Shown piece by piece: positions 1 to 9,238 of a stretch of 33,282 nt of DNA. Below the pieces are notes generated by a model. It was not told where the DNA came from. It saw only the letters and a list, made by a program, of their open reading frames with translations, and ran no database searches. Position numbers and translations under genes: made by a program. The stretch is taken from contig JBHLNT010000031.1 of the NCBI GenBank assembly GCA_048941265.1, positions 1 through 33,282 on the forward strand, given 5' to 3'. This stretch comes from Promethearchaeota archaeon. GTDB lineage: Archaea > Asgardarchaeota > Lokiarchaeia > Sigyniarchaeales > SOKP01. Within the stretch, counting starts at the first letter, position 1. Each line of letters starts with the position of its first letter.

Positions 1-900
1 ATTTCTTAAATGTTGTTTATGTGCAGGATTTAACCCTCTTCCATTATCTAAAATTTCTATTCTAATTTGCCTCGAGTAATTAAGCTTTTCAATATAAGTA
101 TCAATTGAAACAGTTTTAACCTCACTGGAATTGTGCATTATTCCATTATTTATCAAATTCTTAAAGATGTGGGATAAATATTTATCAGCTTTTACTAGTA
201 CAAGATGTTCATTATTATTTAACTTAACTTCGACTTTATCTTCCGGAATTTTTATTTTAATATTTAAAACAAGGTCTTCAAGAACTTCAATTAAATTGAT
301 TGGGGTAAATTCCGGTTTAAGCATTTCAACTTCAGATAATACTTGAACATTATTTACTAACTCTACACCCCGATTTAGTTGAAATTTGATTGTATGATTT
401 ATTTCTTTAAAAGAATCCTTATCTTTCATCTCTTGTTTAAAATTTTCAAACAAATTAAATAAAAGAGTGAAATTTTGAAAGATGTTATTTATATCATGAG
501 TAAAGATGTCTTCATATAATTTAACGTTAGTATAAGCCAATCGATATTTTTCCTCTGAAATACTAAGGCTATCTTGAGTTTGAATGAGATTTTGGGAAAA
601 ATCTCTTATGGTTTTTATTGTATAAAAAATTGTATATAAAAAAATGATAGTACCTATAACATACATTAGAAAATAGAAAAGATAATCCCCCCTAGTTATC
701 ATTAATATTAAAACGATAAATTCAACGAGGATTAAAATTGTTAGAAGAATTAAAGCCATTATTTTAGCTTCTATTGAAGATTTTTCAATTTTTAGAATTT
801 TAAATAATGCAATATACATTATTGGTAAAACAATTAGAGGATTTAAGAGATGAAACCAAATATTCTCTAAAATATTTTCACTCTGATAAATTATCAACAT
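1..900 (-). CDS. membrane-bound sensor histidine kinase (HisKA + HATPase_c), 3' end runs off the window
   Basis: Not in ORF track. Manual minus-strand translation from ATG at 900 is open to position 1: hydrophobic N-terminal segments, H-box-like EDIFTHDINNIFQN, N-box HIFKNLINNGIMHN, G1 box IEILDNGRGL. Confidence 0.88.
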   Translation of the reverse strand, partial: MLIIYQSENILENIWFHLLNPLIVLPIMYIALFKILKIEKSSIEAKIMALILLTILILVEFIVLILMITRGDYLFYFLMYVIGTIIFLYTIFYTIKTIRDFSQNLIQTQDSLSISEEKYRLAYTNVKLYEDIFTHDINNIFQNFTLLFNLFENFKQEMKDKDSFKEINHTIKFQLNRGVELVNNVQVLSEVEMLKPEFTPINLIEVLEDLVLNIKIKIPEDKVEVKLNNNEHLVLVKADKYLSHIFKNLINNGIMHNSSEVKTVSIDTYIEKLNYSRQIRIEILDNGRGLNPAHKQHLRN

Positions 901-1103
901 TATAATTATTTAATTATAGATGATAAATTTAAACAATTGGATCTTAAAAAATTTCCATGTAGGGATATTATTTTGTTTCGGTATTGATGATGATCATAGA
1001 TATATTTAAATTTTGTTTTAGAGTTCCTCAAAATATGAGCCTAACTTCTATCAAAGAATAAATATACTAAACTATTTTAGCTAGGATTACTATCTATTTT
1101 ATA

Positions 1104-1880
1104 ATGCAAATACATTCGCTCTATATCCTAAAGAGTTCAGGCATTCCATTATACAAGAGATATTATACGGACGAATTTAAAAGCGTTGATATTAATTTAC
1201 TAACTCCCTTTTTCAGTGCAATATTCACTTTCTCACAAGAGCTAGTTAGCCGAAAGCTAGACGAACTAGAAATGAGCGGATTAAGGTTTACTTTCAAAGA
1301 AGAAAATGATTTTATTTTTGTAATAGTATCGGATATAAGTGTAAGCATCTTATTTACTTCTACCAGATTAATTAGTATTGCAGATGCATTTTTTCGAGAA
1401 TATTACCAATTGGATAAATTAAGAGAATATCAACAAATAGATAATCCTAAGTTTGATGAAGTAATTGATTCTATTATAAAGGGAGAAGATGAAATACTTG
1501 AAAGCCAAAAGCTATATCCTAAGATAATTGATCTATTTAGGAACTTAATTTTACAGAATGAAATTGTGGGGGCTGCTTTATTAAATACTAAGGGTTCGAT
1601 TTTATATAGTTCACTCCCAAATGAGCTATTATTGAATAGCGTTCGAGAATTAGAAATAAGGTTTATGTCAGGCTCTTTAACGCTACCTGAGATGTTTTAT
1701 AGCTTGGAAAATGGTCAAAAAGTATTTTGCACTATCATCTCTAATATAGGCGCATTTGATTTTTTTATTGTGTTACTTTTTGAAAAAAGTGTTCCAGTCG
1801 GAATGGCAGAAATGAATTTATTCAAATGCTCAAAAGCTATTGAAAAGTTAATTCTCGATCAAATTGAACTGGTACTATAA
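1104..1880 (+). CDS. longin-like domain + roadblock/profilin-like domain protein (Asgard-type)
   Basis: N-terminus IHSLYILKSSGIPLY...LLTPFFSAIFTFSQEL...FIFVIVSD fits the longin pattern. C-terminal EIVGAALLNTKGSILYSSL fits a roadblock-like start. Confidence 0.65.
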   Translation: MQIHSLYILKSSGIPLYKRYYTDEFKSVDINLLTPFFSAIFTFSQELVSRKLDELEMSGLRFTFKEENDFIFVIVSDISVSILFTSTRLISIADAFFREYYQLDKLREYQQIDNPKFDEVIDSIIKGEDEILESQKLYPKIIDLFRNLILQNEIVGAALLNTKGSILYSSLPNELLLNSVRELEIRFMSGSLTLPEMFYSLENGQKVFCTIISNIGAFDFFIVLLFEKSVPVGMAEMNLFKCSKAIEKLILDQIELVL

Positions 1881-2005
1881 AAGAGCGGTTACTGACAAAT
1901 ATTTTTCCAGAGCATAATTGTGAATTTTTAACTGATATAAATATAAATACACTAAATTCTTAATAATAATTTAAAATTAATCTGTTAATTAAGGCGATAT
2001 TCTAA

Positions 2006-5000
2006 ATGAAACTTACAGATCTTACTATAAAGGATTTATTCAAACCTGATGCTAAATTAACTTTTTTAGTGGGTGCGGGTTGTTCTGTTGATGCTCCCTC
2101 GTGTTTGCCAGCAGGACGTTATATGATGGAAGCTATTATTAACTATACCTGCGCCGAATCAGAAAAAGAAAAAATCTTAGAATTAAAAAATCTTAGATTC
2201 GAGCAATTAATTGAAATTGTTCGAGACTACTTAGATCCTGAACTAAAAACGATAGACTATTACGGTGAATGTGATAAACCAAATTTGCAACATTTTTTTT
2301 TGGCTGATATGATACAGAAAGGGCATTATGTAATGACCACTAATTTTGATTTCTTAATAGAATATGCATTGTTGAAATCTGGAGTTCCTCATTCTGATAT
2401 TGTTCCTGTAATAACTAAACATGATTTTGAAGAATTTAGTGATCCAGGAAAGCTCTTAGAACAAGGAAAGAAAACAATTTATAAAATCCATGGTTCTACG
2501 AAAAATATTATTACCCATGAGGACACTAAAAATTCATTAATTGCTACGATACAAGCATTTGGATCAGGAAAGGAAGGAGAGAATGTATTCCAAATTGAGC
2601 CTTTTAAACGTCCTTTATTTAATAAAATCTCGAATGATCGCACATTAGTTATTATAGGTTACTCGGGAAATGATGATTTTGATATAGTTCCCACTTTAAA
2701 GGTATTAAAAAATCTTAAAAATATCATTTGGATTAATTATATTTCTGATGATAAAGGTATAGAAAAAATTTATGAATTTGATGATTTTGCTACTCTAGAA
2801 GTTGAAAAATCCAATAAAATTAATCTAATACTTAGTGATATTTACAGAATGAACAATGTAGATCATGTTTATCGGGTTGACACAAAAACACCAAGGTTAA
2901 TCGAAGAATTATTAAATTATAAATCAAATATAAATTACCATCATTTTTCGATAAATCCTTTAGAATGGCTTAAGAAAAATATTAAAATACCTAATAAAAT
3001 ATTGAAGATTCAGATTTCAAATAAACTTTTCTTCGTTTTAGACAAGTATAAGGATTCTATGCGATGTTTAAAAGAATTACTTCACCTAGCAGAAAAAGAT
3101 GGAGAACAAAAACAGAAATGTTATGCCTTAAATAACATCGGTGAAATTTATAGAGCTAGAGGTAATTATTCCGAGGCGCTAAAACATTATGAAAAAGCAC
3201 TGGAAATCGTTGAACAATTAGGTAATTTACGAGGTAAAGCTACTTATCTTAATAATATTGGATTAATTAAAAAAACACAAGGTAATTATCCTGAAGCTTT
3301 AAGTCTATATGAAGAGGTTTTGAAAATTGATGAACAACTGGGAAACCTTTCGGGAAAAGCAACCAGTTTGAATAACATTGGACTTATATATGATGCCCAA
3401 GGAAAACTTCCTATGGCATTGAAAAGTTATGAAGAAGCACTAAAAATAGATGAAGAAATAGGAAATTTACGGGGTAAGGCCATTCGTATGAATAATATTG
3501 GGAGGATTTATCAAGCACAAGGAAAATTTCCTGAAGCACTGAAATGGTATAAAGATGCAGTTCAAATAGCTGAACAATTAGGGGAATTAAAGACAAAAGC
3601 TGCTTATCTAAATAACATCGGTGAAATTTATAGAGTAATGGAAAATTATACCGAAGCGTATAAACAATATGAAGAAGCACTGAAAATCGCTGACCTGATC
3701 AGGAGTCTTTTAGAGAAATCCTATAGTCTGAATGGTATCGGGATGTTTTATTATGCACAGAAATCTTATTCTGAAGCACTTAAATTGTTGGAAGAAGCAC
3801 TAAAAATTGCGGATGAGCTAGGAGAATTAAATGCTAAAACTATCTTTCTGAGCAACATTGGACTCATTTACAAGGTGCAGGAGAACTATTTTGAAGCTCT
3901 GAAAGAATATAAAGCAGTATTGAAAATTAATGAGCAATTAGGTGATTTAAGAGGTAGGGCAATTAGTTTAAATAACATTGGGTTAATTTATCAGGCACAA
4001 GAAAAATTTCCTGAAGCATTGAAAAAGTATGAAGAAGCACTGAAAATTGATGAACAATTAGATAATTTAAGGGGTAAATCAATTCGTATGAATAACATTG
4101 GATTAATTTATGAAACGCAAGGTAATTACATTGAGGCTCTGAAAAGATACGAAGATGCATTAAATTTTGCCGATCAGTTGGGGGATTTAAAAAATAAAGC
4201 TGCTTATCTGAATAATATAGGACATTTATATCAAGTAAAGGAGAACCATCACGAGGCACTAACATATTTTAGAGAGGCGTTAAATATTGCCGATCGGTTG
4301 GGAGACTTAAAGAATAAAGCTTTTTATCTAAACAATATTGGGAATATGTATAAAATAAAGGAGAATTTTCCTGAGGCGTTGAAATGTTATGAGAAGGCTC
4401 TGAAAATAGATGAACAGCTGGACGATCTTTCAGGAAAAGCTACAAGATTAACCAGTATCGGATTAATATTGAAAGATAAAGGTCAATTGGATAGAGCATT
4501 ATACTATTATCATGCAGCATTGGAAATATCTGAGAAATTAGGTGATATAAAACTTAAATCTATAAAATTAACCAATATTGGGGATTTATTGGAAGAGAAA
4601 GGTGAATTAGACGAAGCATTGAAATATTATCGAGAAGCATTAGAAATTGTTAAAGACCAAGAGGAAAAAAGGGGAGAACTCCTAATATTAAACAAAATAG
4701 GCTTAATTTTAGAAAATAGAGGTGAATTACAAGAGGCATTGAAGCACTATAGAGAAAGATTAGAAGTCGCAAATCAACTAGGAGATTTAAATGCTAAAGT
4801 CACTATTCTTAATGAGATTGGACTTATTTACGATAAACAAGGAAATTATTTAGAAGCACTTAAAAAGTATGAAGAAGCTCTGGAAATCGACGAGCAACTA
4901 GGCAACTTGGAAGGAAAAGCTATAAGGTTGAATAATATTGGATTATTGCTACAAAATATGGGTGAATTGGAAGGGGCATTAAAGCGTTATAAAGAGGTTT

Positions 5001-5326
5001 TAACAATAAATGAGCAACTAGGCAACTTGGAAGGAAAAGCTATAAATTTAAACAATATTGGATCATTGTTGCATGATAAAGGCGAATTGGAGGAAGCTTT
5101 AAAACATTTTCAGGAAGCTATGACAATTTTCGAGCAATTAGATAACTTGAGGGGTAAAGCTACCATGCTAAATAATTCTGGATTAGTTTTAGAAGATAAA
5201 AGGGAATTAGAAGAGGCTTTAATCCATTTTCAGAAAGCGTTGGCGATCTATAATCAACTTGGTTCTACAGATGCAGAGATTACTAAAGAAAATATTGAAT
5301 TATTAAAGAATAAAATGAAAAAATAG
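2006..5326 (+). CDS. SIR2-like (SIR2_2) domain protein with 18 tandem 40-aa TPR repeats
   Basis: SIR2 motifs FLVGAGCS, TTNFD, KIHGS and IGYSGNDD in the first ~250 aa, followed by repeats of LNNIGxIYxxQGxYxEALKxYEEALKIxEQLG. Confidence 0.92.
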   Translation: MKLTDLTIKDLFKPDAKLTFLVGAGCSVDAPSCLPAGRYMMEAIINYTCAESEKEKILELKNLRFEQLIEIVRDYLDPELKTIDYYGECDKPNLQHFFLADMIQKGHYVMTTNFDFLIEYALLKSGVPHSDIVPVITKHDFEEFSDPGKLLEQGKKTIYKIHGSTKNIITHEDTKNSLIATIQAFGSGKEGENVFQIEPFKRPLFNKISNDRTLVIIGYSGNDDFDIVPTLKVLKNLKNIIWINYISDDKGIEKIYEFDDFATLEVEKSNKINLILSDIYRMNNVDHVYRVDTKTPRLIEELLNYKSNINYHHFSINPLEWLKKNIKIPNKILKIQISNKLFFVLDKYKDSMRCLKELLHLAEKDGEQKQKCYALNNIGEIYRARGNYSEALKHYEKALEIVEQLGNLRGKATYLNNIGLIKKTQGNYPEALSLYEEVLKIDEQLGNLSGKATSLNNIGLIYDAQGKLPMALKSYEEALKIDEEIGNLRGKAIRMNNIGRIYQAQGKFPEALKWYKDAVQIAEQLGELKTKAAYLNNIGEIYRVMENYTEAYKQYEEALKIADLIRSLLEKSYSLNGIGMFYYAQKSYSEALKLLEEALKIADELGELNAKTIFLSNIGLIYKVQENYFEALKEYKAVLKINEQLGDLRGRAISLNNIGLIYQAQEKFPEALKKYEEALKIDEQLDNLRGKSIRMNNIGLIYETQGNYIEALKRYEDALNFADQLGDLKNKAAYLNNIGHLYQVKENHHEALTYFREALNIADRLGDLKNKAFYLNNIGNMYKIKENFPEALKCYEKALKIDEQLDDLSGKATRLTSIGLILKDKGQLDRALYYYHAALEISEKLGDIKLKSIKLTNIGDLLEEKGELDEALKYYREALEIVKDQEEKRGELLILNKIGLILENRGELQEALKHYRERLEVANQLGDLNAKVTILNEIGLIYDKQGNYLEALKKYEEALEIDEQLGNLEGKAIRLNNIGLLLQNMGELEGALKRYKEVLTINEQLGNLEGKAINLNNIGSLLHDKGELEEALKHFQEAMTIFEQLDNLRGKATMLNNSGLVLEDKRELEEALIHFQKALAIYNQLGSTDAEITKENIELLKNKMKK
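3120..5260 (+). repeat. 120-bp-period coding repeat array (18 TPR units); boundaries approximate
   Basis: 40-aa periodicity in the protein. Identical DNA stretches at 3129-3155/3609-3635 (480 bp apart) and 4892-4925/5012-5045 (120 bp apart). Confidence 0.85.
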
Positions 5327-5659
5327 TTAAATGTAATATAAAATATTAAAATCAATACTATTCTTATTACTGTTAAATAATCTTTTCTTCTTTTTTTGAG
5401 TTAAAAATCTGTCTTTAAGACACTTAAACTCTAGTATTTTTCACCACATCTCTCTCTTTATTATGGAAAACTGAAAATACTCTCTCTGAATGAGTAAATA
5501 CTATTGGACTAATTCATACATATCATTTAGGACAATCTCTAAAGAAATATATTAATTCCAATCAATTTGAAAAAGGCATGGCAAAATATGGATATTACAT
5601 AATTAAAAAAATAAAAATTAAGAGTGAGGATTTTACTTAATTTAAAATTAAAAAAAAGA

Positions 5660-5806
5660 AGCGAAAAAAAAACAGAAAAGACTAAACTAAACAAAACAGC
5701 AGCAAGACGAATTCAATTAAGTCAGGATAAGAAAGGTTCCAAAGAAAATTAAGGATTCAAATCAAGATCGATGAGCCCTGCAGATAAAAATAAAGATAAA
5801 AAGTAA
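5660..5806 (+). pseudogene. degraded small basic protein of the 'AAxRIQS...FKSRA..AADKN' type
   Basis: Frame reads SEKKTEKTKLNKTAARRIQLSQDKKGSKEN*GFKSRSMSPADKNKDKK*, with internal TAA at 5750-5752 and no start codon. Family resemblance is from memory. Confidence 0.45.
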
Positions 5807-6129
5807 CAAATACCAGAATATGAGCTTAATCTGTAGGATATTAACAAATTTACTCAATAATATAATTCTAGGTAGTATGAATAATTTTTAAAGAATATAA
5901 TTTATTTTAAAATAAGGATAAACACCAAATAATCTGCAAATTTTAAGATTTATTTAATTTATATTTTCTCGTTTTCTACTATCAATAGATTAGTATTAAA
6001 TAGTGCTTTAATTTTATGGGGATCACTTTTGCTATAATATTTAAAAATATTACATAAGGCTACTAAAATCTTTTACTTTTAAAAATGATTTAATAATCCT
6101 TTTTTTAAATCCCCATTTACTGATAATTA

Positions 6130-7395
6130 ATGTATGATATAATAATTATTGGGGCTGGAATTGCTGGTGCTACGTTTGCTCATAAAGTTTCAAAATTTGC
6201 AAAAACTCTTTTAATTGAAGGTAAGGATGAAAAAAGCAAAAAAGAAACATTACTTACAAATATTTTTCCAGAGCATAATTGCGAATTTTTAAGAGACATT
6301 GATTATTTAAATAAATCCCTATTTCCATGTGTTCATTATAAGATAAACTATATGAGCCATAAATATAATGGAATTGTAGATTCAATGGAATTTGGTGCAC
6401 CTTTTGGTTATATAAGTTATACTGAAAACCTTATTGAACATTTAATGCAAAATTGCGAAAATAATGATGGAACTGTTAAATTCGACGAAAAAGTATCAAA
6501 AGTTTCAAGAACAAGCGATAAAATAGAAGTATTTTCAAATAAAGGTAATTCATATACTGGAAAACTATTGGCACTAGCTACTGGTTCTTATGGATTTGAT
6601 CTACAAAAATCCCTTGGTTTTGAAACACCAGATTCATATAAGGGAGTTTATGCGCATCTCTATGGTGATGAGGATCGCTTGCAAGAACTTTCAGATTTTA
6701 ACTATTTATTTCATATTAATCAAAATATTAGCGATAAAGGTCCATTTTTTATTAATAAAGGAATCGATCGACTCTCGACGGGCTTTTTAGGGAAGTCAAA
6801 TGAAACTTATGAAGAAATCACGTCAAAATTGAATAGAATTATAGATAACTATAAACCAATTCAACCCTATGTTGCTGGATTAAAAAAGGGTCAGGTTAAA
6901 CCGGTGATAGGTGAGATCTCCAAACATCCTATTACAGATTTCTCTCGAGACAGATCAATCGTTTTAGGGGAGGCGGGGGGTTTGGTAACTTCTTTCTTTT
7001 ATGAAGGATTATTAGGAGGAATTGTGAGTGCGGACATTGCTTCCAAAGTAATAAAGCCATTATTAGAAAGGGACAGTAATTTTACTAGAAGCGAATTATA
7101 TGATTATGACAGAGAATTAAAAATGAAATTGTTAGATACATATTTTAAAAATGGGGCGGCCTCTGAATATCTTTTTTACAGCTCTGGTTCCTCCATGAAG
7201 ATAATATGGGAAACATATACCAAATTTATCACTGAAAATCGCACCATTAGAAGATATGTTTGGGAGGCGATTCGAAGTATAGAAGGTTATGATGTGAAAA
7301 GAGATAGATGGTTGGGCGAACAGATTTTCAAAAATCTCCCTTTTTTAACAAAAATTGCTCTAGGACCATTGTTTTTAAAAGCGATGTTCAAATAA
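6130..7395 (+). CDS. NAD(P)/FAD-dependent oxidoreductase, geranylgeranyl reductase-like
   Basis: N-terminal Rossmann YDIIIIGAGIAG, ALATG, and C-terminal VLGEAGGLVTSFFYEGL (variant of GDAAG...GEGI). Confidence 0.8.
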   Translation: MYDIIIIGAGIAGATFAHKVSKFAKTLLIEGKDEKSKKETLLTNIFPEHNCEFLRDIDYLNKSLFPCVHYKINYMSHKYNGIVDSMEFGAPFGYISYTENLIEHLMQNCENNDGTVKFDEKVSKVSRTSDKIEVFSNKGNSYTGKLLALATGSYGFDLQKSLGFETPDSYKGVYAHLYGDEDRLQELSDFNYLFHINQNISDKGPFFINKGIDRLSTGFLGKSNETYEEITSKLNRIIDNYKPIQPYVAGLKKGQVKPVIGEISKHPITDFSRDRSIVLGEAGGLVTSFFYEGLLGGIVSADIASKVIKPLLERDSNFTRSELYDYDRELKMKLLDTYFKNGAASEYLFYSSGSSMKIIWETYTKFITENRTIRRYVWEAIRSIEGYDVKRDRWLGEQIFKNLPFLTKIALGPLFLKAMFK

Positions 7396-7434
7396 ATTTC
7401 AAAATAGGAAAAAAAGAAAAATATTTTTAAGATT

Positions 7435-8166
7435 TTAATTTCTCTGCTTTTTTATCATCATTTTTTCAAGCCAAGACGGGAGGAAAAATCCGCTATAGAA
7501 AAAGAATGCCGCTAATATTACAAGTATTCTATATATTGTAATTGTTATAATATTTAACGGGGTTAAACCATCTAAAGCAATCCCAACGGAAAATGTTATA
7601 AACGCTCCAATAAGCAATTTTCCCTTAAGTCTTATGGCAGGATCATCAGCATTCAATGATTGATTCGCAAACACTAATCCTGTAATTAAAAAAGTTCCTA
7701 ACACAACAAGAAAATAATATAACGCAAATGAAATATATTCTCCATCAACGAGGCTTACTCTCACAACAATTAAAGACGGATTAGTAAAAAGAAAAAACAA
7801 ATAAAAAATCTCCCAAATTATTCCAGTGATCACGACTAAACTTAATATAAGCTTTTGTTTGCTTTTATAAACTAAATCGGTAAAAACTACTAACCAGCTT
7901 AAAAGTCCTACAGGAATTAAAAATGCACCTATAAAAAAGTACTGAACATCACTTAGCGTTTCATTGGTTAACAAAACCATTATAAAAGAAATCGCAACTG
8001 GCCAATATGTTTCACAGATTATTAGCCAAGTTAAGCCTGCGAACAATAAACCTCTCTTCTTATGTTCGAAAAATTTTAAGATTAATTTGATAGCAACTAT
8101 TATGGAAATCACTACAAATATAGTTCCGGTTAATCCATTATAAAATTCTATAAATTCTAAGGCCAT
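7435..8166 (-). CDS. multi-pass (about 7 TM) membrane protein of unknown function
   Basis: 243-aa ORF with about seven hydrophobic segments; purine-rich AAGGGGA upstream of the ATG. Confidence 0.8.
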   Translation of the reverse strand: MALEFIEFYNGLTGTIFVVISIIVAIKLILKFFEHKKRGLLFAGLTWLIICETYWPVAISFIMVLLTNETLSDVQYFFIGAFLIPVGLLSWLVVFTDLVYKSKQKLILSLVVITGIIWEIFYLFFLFTNPSLIVVRVSLVDGEYISFALYYFLVVLGTFLITGLVFANQSLNADDPAIRLKGKLLIGAFITFSVGIALDGLTPLNIITITIYRILVILAAFFFYSGFFLPSWLEKMMIKKQRN

Positions 8167-8312
8167 AAAAATCCCCTTGTATTTTTAAAAAAAATTTAAA
8201 TTTAATAATTATATCATCATTAAAATATAAAAAGCTATTTCAGCATGAGGAAACAAATTATAATGAATAATTTAAAGTTTAATGCAGTAAAATAAAGAAT
8301 TTAAAGAAATTA

Positions 8313-9233
8313 TTAATCTTCTTTAATCGTTCTTAAATGTTCCATCATTCCACTACCAATCTCTTCCGTCTCTAAGTTCTTCATAATAACCATCTGTTCG
8401 AACAACTCGGTATAGCCTCCTGGAAACTGTCTGGCAAAACGCACGAAAGAATTTCTATTCATTCTTTCTGCTTTAATTCTGTACTCGTTGTCATCTTTAT
8501 CCCTCATATAGTACGTAGCAGAAAGTGGACTATTGAATTTATCTGTATCATTTACAGTATCAATTTCGAATTCAACCAGAGGCAACGTTCCATCATTGTC
8601 TGAGACTGAACCAGACAAATCGATACGATTTTTTCGGTAATCCTTTCGCATACCGCAATTCCAATCTTTAAATTGGAAATGTGTTGCATACCACTTATCG
8701 AACTCAAACCAATCCCGATAACCCCAACTTTTATCTCTCTGACCATAACCGTTTAATCTTTTAGTTGACCCGTCTTTAAATTTAATTTCTCCTTTAATTA
8801 TTCCAGAGGCTTCAAAGTGGCGATGCCACGATGCCGATGAATCTCTTCCAAAATCATAAAGATAAAATCTTGAATCAAAAGTTATATTCAAATGAAGTTT
8901 TCTTCCCTTATACTCTATTTGCCAGGTTTGAAGAGGTCTGATGCATTTATATGAAAGTTTTTTATCGGTCAGCATTTCATCCACTTTATCCGAAAATTGA
9001 TGTGTTTCTGGTTCTCTATAATAAAATTCTCGTTTTCCCTCATGGAAAAGCAAAAACACGAATTCACGTCTATTTTCATTCGGTACTATTCCAATAGTAG
9101 AAAATCCAGATATTTTATTCTCAAGATCTGCCCAATTCCAATAATATGCTTCTCTCCATTTTTGTTCGCCGGTAGGTTGATGTAAATGGTCATCCGCTTC
9201 AATAAAATCAGTTTTTTTTATTTTTGAAGTCAG
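8313..9233 (-). CDS. beta-rich protein, AttH/tocopherol-cyclase-like (DUF7064/7065-type); probable CTG start
   Basis: Frame is open 58 codons upstream of the track start, to CTG at 9233 (LTSKIKKTDFIEADDHLHQPTGEQKWREAYYWNW...). GGAGG lies upstream and an in-frame TAA immediately precedes the CTG. Motifs WRExYYW, HFEASG and GQRDKSWGxRDW. Confidence 0.65.
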   Translation of the reverse strand: MTSKIKKTDFIEADDHLHQPTGEQKWREAYYWNWADLENKISGFSTIGIVPNENRREFVFLLFHEGKREFYYREPETHQFSDKVDEMLTDKKLSYKCIRPLQTWQIEYKGRKLHLNITFDSRFYLYDFGRDSSASWHRHFEASGIIKGEIKFKDGSTKRLNGYGQRDKSWGYRDWFEFDKWYATHFQFKDWNCGMRKDYRKNRIDLSGSVSDNDGTLPLVEFEIDTVNDTDKFNSPLSATYYMRDKDDNEYRIKAERMNRNSFVRFARQFPGGYTELFEQMVIMKNLETEEIGSGMMEHLRTIKED

Positions 9234-9238
9234 TTATA

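Noticed and set aside
131-346. 71-aa plus-strand ORF from the track
   Set aside because: Antisense shadow of the histidine kinase on the minus strand.
1163-4265. Minus-strand ORFs 1163..1348, 3411..3680 and 3963..4265
   Set aside because: Antisense to well-supported genes; no motifs. The similarity of the latter two just mirrors the TPR repeats.
3120-5260. Regularly spaced repeats considered as a CRISPR array or DGR template/variable pair
   Set aside because: 120-bp in-frame coding repeats; no unique spacers, cas genes or reverse transcriptase in the window.
5490-5640. Short open frame VNTIGLIHTYHLGQSLKK...SEDFT*
   Set aside because: No convincing start, RBS or recognisable motif.
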